This document shows positions 51,117-64,000 of a stretch of DNA of 64,000 bases, piece after piece; the stretch's first letter is position 1, and every line of letters starts with the position of its first letter. Made by a program: the position numbers and the translations under genes. The stretch lies in contig NC_043001.1 in assembly GCF_006345805.1 (NCBI RefSeq), positions 132,494,001 through 132,558,000 on the forward strand, written 5' to 3'. Below the pieces are notes generated by a model. It did not search any database and was not told the DNA's origin. It worked only from the letters and a program-made list of their open reading frames with translations. This DNA comes from Octopus sinensis (lineage: Eukaryota).

Positions 51117-53124
51117 CTTCCTAATAGTAATTTCTAAATTATCCGTCAAGAGATTTTTTTTTTCCTTATAATATTGAAACATTTTAAAGTATTGACAAGT
51201 TTATATCCATCACAGTTTATAAGTATTATTAAAGTTTACAGCAATTACATGTAACACATTTTGAGTGATGTTATACTAATTATATGCTGTTAATACATTA
51301 ACTTTTACAAACATATTCATATTGTTATAAATGAAATATGACTTTTTTTTTGTACTTGTGCTTTAAGTTATCAATAGAAATTTTGCTAACTAAATTTACT
51401 CTTTTCTGTTTTCAGTTAGAAGCTGAATTTGTGTAAGATTACATGGTTTGTTTCTAATCTTTTTATCATTCTGTGATATTCTCATCATTATCACCATCAT
51501 CAACTTTTCCATGCTTGCATGTGCCAGATGGAATTTATTGAGGCAGATTCCCTGCAACCAGATGACTTTTCTGTCACCAGCATCACACAAAATGCTTTAC
51601 AGTATTCCTTCCAGCTCTTTATGTTCTGAGTTCAAATGCCACCAATGTCAACCTTGCTTTCATCTTTTCAGGGTCGATAAAATAAGTACCAGTTGAGCAT
51701 TGGGGTTAATGTAATCAGCTTGCCACGTCCCTTTAAAATGACTGGCTATGTGCCAAAATTAGATAGAAGGAATATTAATGTGTTCAATTTGAAATCATGT
51801 CATTCTGTTACTGTAGCAAGATTTCCCTGGCACATACAATGTGGTATTTCTTTTACAATGTGCTAGTATTTTATGGTAATATACCAGCAAGAATAGTACT
51901 TCAAAATTTAGTTTCCATTTGAAATTTTAATGAGACAAAAACAACAAAAAACTTCTTTATAATCTATTTTCCTGGCTTTATTCTTATGAACATACTTCTT
52001 TTTGTCAGATTTTTATAATAAAATTTAATCAGTTTTTCCTGTAATATTAATTTAATGATCTATCATACCTTACCAATTGGTTTTTACTTATAATCAAAAG
52101 TGTAACAAAAAAGTGTCATGGGGTAAATCGCACCTAAGTACAAGCATTATGCAGCATAAAATTTCCTTTGGTCTATCATACCTGATCATTAACATAGAAA
52201 TGCTAAAAATGCTTTAACCTCACATACTGAGAATCCTTGCTACATCATTCCTTATACTCCAAGATAATCTTTAAAACATATTTGAGTGAAAACTGAAAAT
52301 GGTATATCACATGCATCTGAACTGCTTTGTATTTCAGACTAAACCAAAAATATAACAGAGTGCTATCAGAGAAATATTTAATATGCTTCTGTTTTCCTTC
52401 TCTCATCTTAAATTCATTTCCTAAGCATTCAGCTGTGCAAGAAATTCACTAATACAGAACTGGGTCTGAAATAATTTACATGGAATCCAATAACTATACA
52501 TATTCCTTTTGAATATTATTTTCTTCTTTCAGTCAAGACACGGTTCTTTTGATCCCATGCCGATGACTTCCACTTTTTTTGTAATTCATCTATAATTTCA
52601 ATAAGAAAAGAAAAAGTAGCCACTAAATTATTGATGAATACTTTAAATGAAACAGCATTATATGAAATTATTGCTTTTGATTGAACAATAGCAAGAGGAC
52701 CAGGACTTAAATATTCAAAGGTAATATTCTCCAAATGAGGGGTGGGGGCAATAAGTTGATGATCAAATACGATTTTCTAAACAAAAATATGTGAATGTTA
52801 TTATTGCTGCTGCTACTGCTGTTCCAAGTAAATTTTAAAATACATCAGCCCCTATTTTTCTCTAACCATTATGGTTCAATTATTGCATTTGTTCTTCATA
52901 GTTTTCTTGGAGCAATAAGTAATAATTACTTCATACATAGTCACAAGGTCGTACATTCTGAAGAAGAAACCATTTCACAAGTATATATTTAATTGTCTAC
53001 AAAATGATAGGAGGCAAAGCTGACTGCTGTGAGATTTGAATGTAACATGAGATGGGTTAAACTAAATACTGGAAAGCATTTCATCCATCACTCACCAACT
53101 TTATGCCAATGATATAACATGTGT

Positions 53125-53537
53125 TCAATTCTACTATATGGCTCAGAAACCTGGACGCTATCAAAGAAGCTTGAGAGGTGGTTGGATGGAACCTACACCT
53201 CCTTATGAGAGCTCAAAATCTCTCGTGGAGGCGCCATCCAACCAAAATGCAAATATATGGGAAATTACCCCCTGTGTCATCTCTTGTGAAAGGTAGGAGA
53301 GTCCAGTTTGCTGGACATTGTTGTAGAGCTGAAAAAGAAGTAATTTCTACTCTTCTCCTCTGGAAGCGATCTACTCGCAATACCAGAGGGCGCACACTCT
53401 CCTACCCTGATGTAATCTCCAGGGATACAGGCATCCAGCAACAGGACCTCCGTAATGCTATGATGGACCGTGAAGTCTGGCGTAACATAGTAAATTCTAT
53501 TGTCTCGACCACGGTCGAACAATAAGAATAATAATAT
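53125..53537 (+). mobile_element. 3' fragment of a second RTE-type LINE family
   Basis: LLYGSETWTL..RAQNLSW..H..IYGKLP..RRVQFAGHCCR..MMDREVWR; (AAT)n-like tail. Confidence 0.85.
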
Positions 53538-54429
53538 TCATTTTTCAGTGCATAGATGGTTAGTTTTTATAAAAGATGAGCAATAGATAATTGAGTATAT
53601 TACTGTTAGCTCCAAGTATTGTAGATTTGGTTAAACTGCTTCCCTGATAATTGCATAATTCAATTAATGGAATGATTAATTACATAACTTCTCAAAACAT
53701 CAAACTGTATAGAATCAAATGTATTTAAAATTGATCATTTAATTGCATATGCTAATTAACAAGTAGCATGTACTCATAAATATGCATAGGTGATGAAGTC
53801 AGCACAAGTTTTTTTATATAGATTATTTGCTTAAAATATCTATTACAATGAGATAAACAGTAAGTCTGTGTGTGTGTATGTGTTACCAATCATATTCTTA
53901 GAATGTCAAGGGCTATACATTCCATTACCAAAAGCTGCAGAGAAGGCCACTAGGTGACTTTGGATAAATAAGGGAGCCCTGTGATTTGCTGCTACTAGAA
54001 TGCAAAATTGAACTTGATCAACCAATACTAAGTCAACTAGGTGAATAGGTCTGATGTTAAAAGTTCTGAATCCTCTAATAACCACAGAAACATCACTGAA
54101 GGTTCATCCCAGAGGATCCACAAGACGTAGCTTGGAACTAAGAACTATGCATATATATATTTATATAATATTATACACACACTTTTGCATATATATATTA
54201 TAGTAAATAAATATTGCTATTTTTCTGTATCAAGTTTTTTGTTAAACAGATGCATGCAATCTGAAGAATTCTCTATTTAGCATGAAACTTAAAATCATTT
54301 TTAGAGGAGTGATAAGAATCTGTCATGTCCTTAAAAAATTTTACTATGCATTGTAATTAAATCCAAAGTAAAATACAAGCATGGTCTGATCTAAAGCAAG
54401 CATGAGTTAGCTGATGATTTAATGTTCCC

Positions 54430-54657
54430 TTAACCCTTTCATTACTGTATTTATTTTGCGATTCTCTGTATTTCTTTCAATTACTTTAAATATAACAAAG
54501 AATTTAGTAAAATAACTTAGTTATCATTCAGTTAGTGTTAGGAACATAAATTGGGACTAAGGTTTGGTGGAAGATTTTAATTCAAAACTTATGAAAACAA
54601 GACCTTTGTACTCAGAGCCAGAGCCAGTTTCAGCCGGGTTGGTAACAAAAGGGTTAA
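54430..54657. mobile_element. TTAA-flanked piggyBac-type MITE
   Basis: Copy of 38924-39153 with the same TIRs. Confidence 0.88.
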
Positions 54658-55448
54658 ACCACCATGTCATAAAAAAAATTTTGATTACACAACTCAAATT
54701 ACTTTTTTATAATATGGAGTTGAAATATTACTTTAAAGTATAGATATATAGACTCATACAAAATATACTAGGATATACTAAGAAAATTGTGCTCATTTTT
54801 TTTTGTTTTCTATATGACATGTCATATCCAAACATATTTGAATGAGACATACACCTGTTCAGAACTTTGCAGATCTTACAAACTAGAAAATTCCTATTGT
54901 AAATTAAAGCAAAATTTTCTTCAGTTCTGACACTTTTTACAGTAAAATAACATAAAAGATACATATTTAAATACTTTATGAAAACTAAATGTATTAATCC
55001 ACATAAAAGCTTTCCAGTTTAAAGAATTTAAAGTTTTTTCAAATCAGATTTGTCTTTTCTAATTGGATATGTATAAAATTTTTGCAAAAAGATTTCCATC
55101 ATAAAATACAGATAGATTTCAGAAGAGATATCTAAATAAGCAAAAATAAAATTTAAAATTTGATAAAATATACAGTATATTTATCTTAAATCTTTCTTAT
55201 GTATGAAACATCAATGATAGGATTTAAAATTTTACACACGAAAAGGAATTAGTTTATAAATAAATAGAAAATTTTCTTTTCATTATAAGATAATATTTAA
55301 AGAATAAGTTAAAAGCAGTCAATAATTTACTTTAATTACAAGAAGATGGCAAAATTTATTTCTTTGAAGATTGTAAATAATCTCTTTGTTTCTCTTTACA
55401 TAGGTGTTTATCTTTGTAAGTTTGCGTGTGAGCATACACACACCAATA

Positions 55449-55480
<32 letters not shown>

Positions 55481-55754
55481 AATATCGATATATATATAAA
55501 TATAGATATATACATAATTATGTATATGCACATAAATATTTATATATACATTTCTATTTACATACATATATGCGTGTAGATAGAGAGATAGGTAGATAGA
55601 CAGACAGACAGACAGACATAGATAGATAGATTTACAGACACATACATAAATTTACATATACATACACAAATAGATATAAACATAAATACATAATAATATT
55701 TGTGATGGTGCGATTACATAAGTTATATTTATAAATATATATGGCCATGTAGTA

Positions 55755-56010
55755 TGTGGAGGCACGTGGCTTAGTGATTAGGGTGTCAGCATCATGATCA
55801 TAAGATTGTGGTTTCGATTCCTGGACCAGGTGATGCATTGTGTTTCTGGAGCAAAACACTTCATTTCACATTGCTCCAGTCCACTCAGCTGGCAAAAATG
55901 AGTAACGCTGCGATGGGCTGGCGTCCCATCCAGCTGGGGAACACGTACGCCATAGAAACCAGGAAACTGGGCCCATGAGCCTGGATAGGCTTTAAAAGAG
56001 TACATTTATT
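55755..56010 (+). mobile_element. tRNA-derived SINE family D
   Basis: Head GGAGGCACGTGGCTTAGTG..GGTTTCGATTCCTGG; CORE-like GAGCAAAACACTTCATTTCAC; CTGCGATGGGCTGGCGTCCCATCCAG. Confidence 0.8.
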
Positions 56011-56336
56011 TATTATTTTTATGTAGTTAAGATGTGTACCTCCCAACCACTTGGTTTTGGGTTCAGCCCCATTGCACAAGACCCAGGTTGACCAAAGCCT
56101 TACGAATGCATTTGACTGACAAGAAACCAAAAAATGCCCATTGTATATGAGTGTGAGGATACACACATGTGCATGTATGTATAGATACTGTGTGTAAGTG
56201 TGAATGTGCATGTGTTTGTGGCACTCTGTCTTGACATCACAGGAATCATGTAAATGAATGTCATATATTTTCAATATTCTGTGAAAAAAAAATCCAAAGC
56301 AGACATTATATCAATGAGGATTGATATATATATATA

Positions 56337-56513
56337 TAAAGCACCCACTACACTCACGGAGTGGTTGGCGTTAGGAAGGGCATCCAGCTGTAGAAACATT
56401 GCCAGATTAGACTGGAGCCTGGTGCAGCCTTCTGGCTTCCCAGAACCCCGGTCGAACCGTCCAACTCATACTAGCATGGAGAACGGACATTAAACGATGA
56501 TGATGATGATGAT
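56337..56513 (+). mobile_element. RTE 3' UTR fragment
   Basis: GCACCCACTACACTCACGGAGTGGTTGGCG...TAAAC(GAT)n. Confidence 0.85.
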
Positions 56514-56550
56514 GACACACACATATATATATACACATATATGTATATAT

Positions 56551-56581
<31 letters not shown>

Positions 56582-56851
56582 TACACATATATGTATATAT
56601 ATGCATATATACATATATATATATACATATATACATACATACATATATATACATACATAATATATATATATACAACATACATATATATATCATACATACA
56701 TATATATATATATACACATACATACATATATATATATATACATACATATATACATATATATATATATACATACATATATATATATACATACATACATATA
56801 TACATATATATATATACATACATATATATATATATACATACATATATATAT

Positions 56852-56899
<48 letters not shown>

Positions 56900-56917
56900 A
56901 TATATATATATATATAT
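56514..56917. repeat. (TA)n/(CATA)n microsatellite
   Basis: Directly visible. Confidence 0.95.
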
Positions 56918-57221
56918 GAAAGAGGCACATATTCTATGGTTGGTTTCCTTTTTGTTGCCAACCATTACTTTTTTAAAACCAAGCTAATATTTCCACAATG
57001 TCAGGCATGTTTTTCATGGAATACTGGAAATTATCAACACTGCTTGTATGACGGTGATGCTCACTTACAATCAGCCCATGATATGAAGACATGGATACAC
57101 ACAAACATACATATTGATATATGTCCAACCCATGCTAGCATGGAAAACGGACGTTAAACGATGATGATATATAAACTACAGGCTTTTTCCAGTTTCCATC
57201 AAGCAAATCAACTCACAAGCT

Positions 57222-58434
57222 CCGTAGTCAACTGCCACAAAGGTAAAGGTGATGCATTAGATACGAATAATTACAGAGATATCAAGTAATGAAAGTCACA
57301 GAGAGGGTCATAGCCCAACTAGTTAGGGAGAGAGTCAGTTTAGATGAGATGCAGTTTGGGTTTGTACCAGGGAAAAGCATCACTGATGCTATAATTTTGG
57401 TAAGACAGCTGCAGGAGAAATACCTAGCCAAAGATAAACGTATGTACTTGGCTTTCGCTGACATGGAGAAAGCCTTTGACATGGTCCCCCAATCCCTTAT
57501 CTGGTGGTCAATGCGGAAACTAGGGATAGATGAGTGGTTAGTGATAGCTGTACAAGCTATATACAGGGATGCTATCAGTAAGGTAAGTGTTGGCAATGGG
57601 TATAGTGAAGAATTCCAGGTACAGGTAGGGGTCCACCAAGGTTCAATCCTCAGCCCCCTCTTATTCATCATAGTCCTCCAGGCAATAACAGAGGAATCCA
57701 AGACAGAATGCTCCTGGGAGCTTCTGTATGCTGATGACGTTGCTCTAATAGCTGAGTCACAATCAGAACTAGAGGAGAAGCTACAGGTGTAGAAGCAAGG
57801 TCTAGAACTGAAGGGCTTTAGAGTCAATCTAGTTAAAACCAAAGTCTTAATAAGTAGGGAAGCAGAAAAATCACAAATCCCTTCAGGTAGATGGCCCTGC
57901 TCGAACTGTAGAAAAGGCATAGGTAGAAACTCCATAAGATGTACCCAGTGTAAGTTATGGACACATACGAGGTGCAGCAATATCAAAGGAAGGTTATCTG
58001 GGAAGATAGTTTTTGTGTGTGGTAAATGCTCAGGGGCAATAAACACTGAAAATGTGCAGAAAACAGCTTCTGTCATATGCCAGGGGGAAAAACTAGAAGT
58101 AGTTGATAGCTTCCATTACATAGGTGACCAAGTCAGTAGCGGGGCTGGATACTGAGAGTGTAGCTGCTAGAATAAGAATAGATTGGCCAAAGTTCAGAAA
58201 GCTCCTACCTCTACTGGTGACAAAGACCTCTCGCTCAGAGTAAAAGGTAGACTGTATGACACATGTGTGAGAACAGCCATGCTACATGGCAGTGAAACAT
58301 GGGCTGTGACTGCTGAGGACATGTGTGTAAGCTTGCAAGGAATAAAGTTAGTATGCTCCGCTGGATGTGTAATGTTAGTGTGCATATACAACAGAGTATA
58401 TGCATGACAGAGAAAAGTTGGACATAAGATGCAA
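57222..58434 (+). mobile_element. RTE LINE internal fragment (RT domain with PHD-finger insert), pseudogenised
   Basis: ORF 57289-57792: QFGFVPGKS..AFADMEKAFD..GVHQGSILSPLLF..LLYADD; downstream C4HC3 motif and MLHGSETWAVT. Confidence 0.93.
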
Positions 58435-58890
58435 CATATATAGAAACAACTTATAGATAAGGGCAAATGAAAAAATTTCTAATGCCAAATATGCTGAAAA
58501 TTGGACGTATTGTCTATTACCATATAATTTTTCACAATAAGCACGCTACTCGAAAAAAAGCTGACAGAAATTTCTAAAAAATTCCATTATTACCATATCG
58601 GACCGATTTCAGGATTAGTTCATACGAACCATCCCTTCGCCAGTGATAAATGTGGTAAAGAAATAAATGAGATACTTACTCATACCCATGGAAGAAGCAA
58701 AACACTAAGTCATGAGCAAAATTAAGTACCCCAAATACATCCAAAATAGAAATACTCCAGCCCATTCATGACATGTGCAATTTGAACTGAGGCTCTCACA
58801 GAGTGAAAGAGTCCGGAAGTGAACACTTAAATTTATATTTAATGTAGGATAAATTTTTTTTCGAAAAAAATTTATCCTACATTAAATATA
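58435..58890. mobile_element. Unclassified insertion truncating the RTE, ending in a long palindrome
   Basis: Abrupt junction with the RTE at ~58435; terminal palindrome 58834-58890 abutting (TA)n. Confidence 0.4.
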
Positions 58891-59125
58891 TATATATACA
58901 TAGATCAATACAGTACCAGACCAATTGTCCAGCAAGCTTGGAACCAGAAACGTTCTGGATTTCTGGATTTTCCAGTTTCCTGGAGACAGCCTAAATATAT
59001 ACTTAAAATATAAAATAAACTGTGAAAAATAGATATAAACTATATTTAACAGATTCAAATTAATACACTTCTAAAGCAGAATCTGTTTGATATTTATTAA
59101 TTAACTTAAATTCTTAAAATCCTTA

Positions 59126-59450
59126 TCATCATCATCATCATCATCATTTAGCGTCCGTTTTCTATTCTAGCATGGGTTGGACAGTTCAACTGGGGTCTGT
59201 GAAGCCAGAAGGCTGCATCAGGCCCAGTCTGATCTGGCAGTGTTTCTACGGCTGGATGCCCTTCCTAATGCCAACCACTCCGCGAGTGTAGTGGGTGCTT
59301 TTTACATGTCACCCACACAGGAGCCAGACGGAGCTGGCAAACTGCCACAAACAGATAGTGCTTTTACGTGCCACCGGCATGGGGGCCAGGCGAGGCTGGC
59401 AATGGACATGAATGGATGGTGCCTTTACATGCCACCGGCACGGAGGCCAG
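59126..59450 (-). mobile_element. RTE 3' UTR fragment
   Basis: (CAT)n TTTAGCGTCCGTTTT..GGATGCCCTTCCTAATGCCAACCACTCC. Confidence 0.85.
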
Positions 59451-59780
59451 ACTATATTATACTATATCATACTATATCATGTTTACTGTATGATGTTTAT
59501 AGGATGAAAATTAAATGAAGTAAAATTAAGACTGTGATTTTATTTCATATTTAAGGTTCAAATTAATACAATTTAAAGCAGAGTATGTTTAATCTTCATC
59601 AATTCATTCCAAAAAATGAAGAACAAAACTATTATTAACACACCATACGCAGAATAAACAACTTCAAAAACAGGGTCTCTTTACTCAACACAGGGTACAG
59701 TATATTTCATGGTATTGTACAGTATTCGTTTCTGGGAGCCAGATGAGATGTCCAGTATTAGATATATATGAATACATATA

Positions 59781-60010
59781 TATTTCTTTACTACCCACAA
59801 GGGGCTAAACATAGAGGGGACAAACAAGGACAGACAAAGGATTAAGTCGATTACATCGATCCCAGTGCAAAACTGGTACTTTATTTATCGACCCCGAAAG
59901 AATGAAAGGCGAAGTCGACCTTGGCGGAATTTGAACTCAGAACGTATTGGCAGACGAAATACGGCTATGCATTTCGCCAGCATGCTAACGTTTCTGCCAG
60001 CTCGCCACCT
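59781..60010 (-). mobile_element. SINE family B, full length
   Basis: Matches 18948-19174. Confidence 0.9.
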
Positions 60011-60027
60011 ATTATGAATACATATAC

Positions 60028-60072
<45 letters not shown>

Positions 60073-60137
60073 TGTGTGTGCATGAGTGTGTGTGTGAGTG
60101 TGTGCATGCACACGCTTTATTATTATAACTATTGTTT

Positions 60138-60345
60138 AGGTGGCAAGCTGGCAGAACTGTTAGTGTGCCAGGCAAAATGCTTAGTGGCATTTTGTCCATC
60201 TTTATGATCTGAGTTCAAATTCCACCGAGGTTGACTTCACTTTTCATCCTTTTAGGGTCAATGAAATAAGTACCAGTTGTGTACTGGAGTCAATGTAATC
60301 AACTTACCTCGAACTTGCTGGCTTGTGCCAAAATTTGAAACCACT
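60138..60345 (+). mobile_element. SINE family B, diverged
   Basis: GGTGGCAAGCTGGCAGAAC..GAGTTCAAATTCC..CATCCTTTTAGGGTC. Confidence 0.8.
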
Positions 60346-61149
60346 ATTATTACTATTGTTAATAAATGTAATTAGTGATATAATTGTTATAAAGTATTTA
60401 TAAAACTCTATAATCCGAACATACACTCTCCCTCACACTCTCTCTCTTTCTCTCTCTCTCTTCTCTCTCTATCTCTCTCTCTCTCTTCTCTTTTCCACAT
60501 GATTTTTTTTATATTTTGTTAATTAAATTGAAACTAGAGAGCTACTGAGATTAATAATGAGGGAAAGAAAAGTTTTCCTCTGAGTCATTTTGTATTGGTG
60601 ATAAATCATATTTTACAGTGGAGAGGACATGGACACTGATTGAGCAACAAGCCGACTCTCTTTTAAGTTCAAATTCTGCTAGTGTTGACTTGTACTGAGA
60701 TTGAGCAAGTAAATATCAGTAACATAGCAAGTCAGTGTCAATAAACTACAGAAAAATTTTGTCTTATTTCTCTTCAAAAGCAATCGATATTTTACCTGGA
60801 CACTGAAATGCTGAAATTCAAGTTCTGAAAAGTGGCTAAAAGCACTGTCCGTAATGAGTGATTCAAATTAGCATTAAAAAAATTTCCATTTTGTGAAAAT
60901 ATCCAAGGTATTTTTAGGGATTTCCAATAACTACAGTAATATTTTTTATTGCTTTCAATCATTCTTTGACATACAGTGTCAAAGATGATAGCAGAGTATA
61001 AAATCAACTGATGCCCCTTATTTTGCTTTTGTTTGCTGGGGAGTGGGGGGTCTGTTATTTTTTTTTGGTTGAGATTTTATCCATGACTAAATTCAATTAA
61101 TTTTCAGTTATTTGTGCATTAAATCTTCTAAAGATTAACTAGATCAATA

Positions 61150-61214
61150 CTTTGATTTTCCAAGTTCACAACAAATCTCGAATTGAGAATTGTTGTGAAC
61201 TTGTGAAATCAAAG
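61150..61214. other. 65-nt imperfect hairpin (30-bp arms, 3 mismatches, 5-nt loop)
   Basis: CTTTGATTTTCCAAGTTCACAACAAATCTC GAATT GAGAATTGTTGTGAACTTGTGAAATCAAAG. Confidence 0.85.
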
Positions 61215-61721
61215 ATTTCAAAAGTCTCAAGATAAAAGGAAATGTATTTTAGTGGACTTGCCAAGTGCCTCTTTTAAACTAAATACCAGATGAGTCTGTA
61301 TGGGTCATTTGTGTTGGTGGTGACATGCTTTAGAATATCAATTGGATCAATGTGATTTGAATATGAGCAGAAATAAAAACAACAACAAAAAAAAACAGAA
61401 TAGAACAGAAGAGATAATTTCATTAGTCACCACAACATACATTCTGCCAAACTTTTCCGTTTTTCTTTTTTTATTCCGTTTTTTTTTTTCTTTTTCATTT
61501 TTTTTTTGTAATGATACATTAACTAACTAATGACGAGAAATATTCTGAAACCAATAGAAATTTATATTGACTTGGAAGAACTTTGAGGGAAGTATTCGTA
61601 TTTGCTAACTGTGTTCCCTGATATCACACGTTTGAAATATGCATAAATGTGACCATTTTTGTAATTTCTTCAATCTATCAAATTACTCAATAAAACTTTT
61701 TTAAAATGTATATATATACAT

Positions 61722-61784
<63 letters not shown>

Positions 61785-63767
61785 ATACACTCACTCACAC
61801 ACACACACATATTTTAGTCTTTAAGTGCATGTACAGGAGCAGGGTGAGTGTGAAGATAAAGAGAGGATGAGGAGAGAAAGGGCATGAAAGAGAGAACTAG
61901 GAAGTAAATTTAATCAAATTTCTGAACAAATTAAACAGGTTGGATGAATAGAAAAGAACAATTAAAACTTTGAGTGAATATTTGATAATAAAATACCAAG
62001 GCATGTTGTGTGAAGTGCTTCAAAGAGGAACTTTTAGTCAACTTTGACATTTTTTTTTAATTTTAAAGACTAGTGAATGTGTTTAAATATACAGTAGCTG
62101 ATATTGTGGTGACATGAACAAGCTGGCCTGTGATAAAAAAAAATATTGTTGTTCACAATAATAGAATGGGTAGAAGACAAAGAGACAAAATGGTATTTGA
62201 TACAAAAAGAAAAAAAGAGAGAGAGAAAGAGAGAGAATCACAAATAATGAGAGAAGCATATTGAATGTGATAATTATCAAAGAGTATACAAATTAGCTGT
62301 GTGTGGCAGTTGGCAGTTTTATCACTTCCATGCCTACAGAAGAATTTATTTTTCATTTTGTTTTTTTATGTTTTTTTTTTCTTTTTTTGTCTTTTTACTT
62401 GGCTGCTTCTTGTCACAAAAGAAGACAACATTAGATTAGGTGTAAAACATTCAAAATCACTATTAAAAGTTAAGTATATTGTCAAAGAGAGGAAGCTGGG
62501 ATATGAAAGCATCATGCATGACATTTTCAAGAAATTGACCCCCAGGAATGTGCATTATTCACACCACAAAACAAGCCAGTTTGTCAAAATAGTTGTCAAT
62601 TTCTATAACATTGATTAGTTGCAGCAGAAAAGAATCATAATTAATATAGATAATAAACCTCATTAGTACTAAATGTTCTCATTCGCATTATGGTTTTCGT
62701 GAAATAAAAGATGATTTGCAACAGCAATCACTTTACAAAAGATGAAACTTGAATAGTTTATGATAATATGTTACTCTGAAACCTTTAAATGTTTTGGGTT
62801 ATCTAAGGCTCTAAGCTTTCACTACACTAATGAAATTACTGTTATCATCTAGGTCAAACGGTATTAAGTTTTCTGTAATAGAGAAACAAGATTGTATCCT
62901 TTTCAAACATTGAGGTTATTATCAAGTATAGTTATTTACCGTTACTTGGAGAAGAAACTGTGAGGAAACTATTTAGTTTCCTTTCAGTCACAGCATTCTT
63001 GTAAAATGTTATAATGATAAACAAACTAAAGGTTAATTAAATACATGCATACTTAGACCATATGTACGGGTAGCTAAAGTGGTAAACAACTATTTTCATT
63101 TCACTCATTCTTATAAATTATCTTAATGATTTGACTTATCAATAGATTTGAATTCAGAACATAAACAATCAGAGTAAACATTGCAAAAGCATTATTTTTG
63201 TCTGATGTTCTAATGATTTTTGCCATTGAATTACAAAATATTCAGCCCAGTTTCACTTCTTTGTTGAAATGATTGAATTTTATAGAGATGATTTGATGAA
63301 AGCATTATTGTCACACAGGTTAATTTGTCTACAGACTTTTGCAATTTTACCAAAGTAGGTATGAAGGATCTTGCGTGAAGCCCTAATTACTACTTAAACT
63401 AATAAAGGAGCTGCTACATGGTCACTAAATCTGCTAGAAATAGCAACCAAATCTGAAATCACAGCTTACAATCTTTATAATATAGATATGCCTGGTAAAA
63501 AGAAAAACAAACTGCTGGCCTCAATTAGAAATCTTTTCAACACAAATCTACTTTATTAGGACAGACCAAACCAACAATTCTTGTCTCTACATCCTCCCAT
63601 GCTAAACCCATTAAATTAATACTGAAGCAGCAATCATTAACCTACTAAATCTATCAATAAGTCTAATTATTAAGATAATTTATAAGAATGAGTGAAATGA
63701 AAATAGCAGTTTACCATTTTAGCTACCTATACACATAGTCTAAATATGCATGTATTTAATTAACCTA

Positions 63768-63968
63768 AGGTGGTGAGCTGATTGAATCATTAGCACACTG
63801 GGCAAAATACTTAGTGGCATTTCATCTGTCCTTATGTTTGGAGTTCAAATTCTGCCAAGGTCGACTGTGCTTTTCATCTTCTCAGGGTTGATAAAACAAG
63901 TACCAGTTGAATACTGGTGTCAATGTAATCGACTTACCCCCTGCCTTGTGCCAAAATTTGAAACCAGT
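63768..63968 (+). mobile_element. SINE family B, diverged
   Basis: AAGGTGGTGAGCTG..GAGTTCAAATTCTGCCAAGGTCGAC..GTACCAGTTG. Confidence 0.8.
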
Positions 63969-64000
63969 ATATTATTTAAATATGATGCCATGATAGATCA

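Noticed and set aside
57282-58076. 264-aa minus-strand ORF
   Set aside because: Antisense shadow of the RTE reverse transcriptase coding sequence.

Overview
Very AT-rich, microsatellite-dense eukaryotic DNA. Its repeat content strongly suggests a cephalopod, Octopus-like genome (inference). I found no credible host protein-coding exon, so this is probably a large intron or intergenic region. Almost all listed ORFs are microsatellite or transposon artefacts. Transposon content: decayed RTE LINEs (one family carries a C4HC3 PHD finger inside the RT region), several tRNA-derived SINE families, a Tc1 and a mariner fossil with nested insertions, non-autonomous Helitrons, TTAA MITEs, a Penelope GIY-YIG remnant and a 27-bp minisatellite. 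The most notable signal is a set of hammerhead-ribozyme (HHR) elements. These are a young, highly structured 490-nt retrozyme-like unit integrated as partial tandem plus inversion in a (TA)n tract (5207-6278), two ~355-nt partial dimers with a U3:A8-covariant minimal HHR (20.6 kb and 25.6 kb), a Penelope-end HHR next to a tRNA-like module (34.1 kb) and an orphan degenerate HHR (46.3 kb). Several 57-65-nt near-perfect hairpins and a local templated insertion with a 34-bp flanking duplication are also present. All structures were folded by eye, and none has been tested computationally or experimentally.
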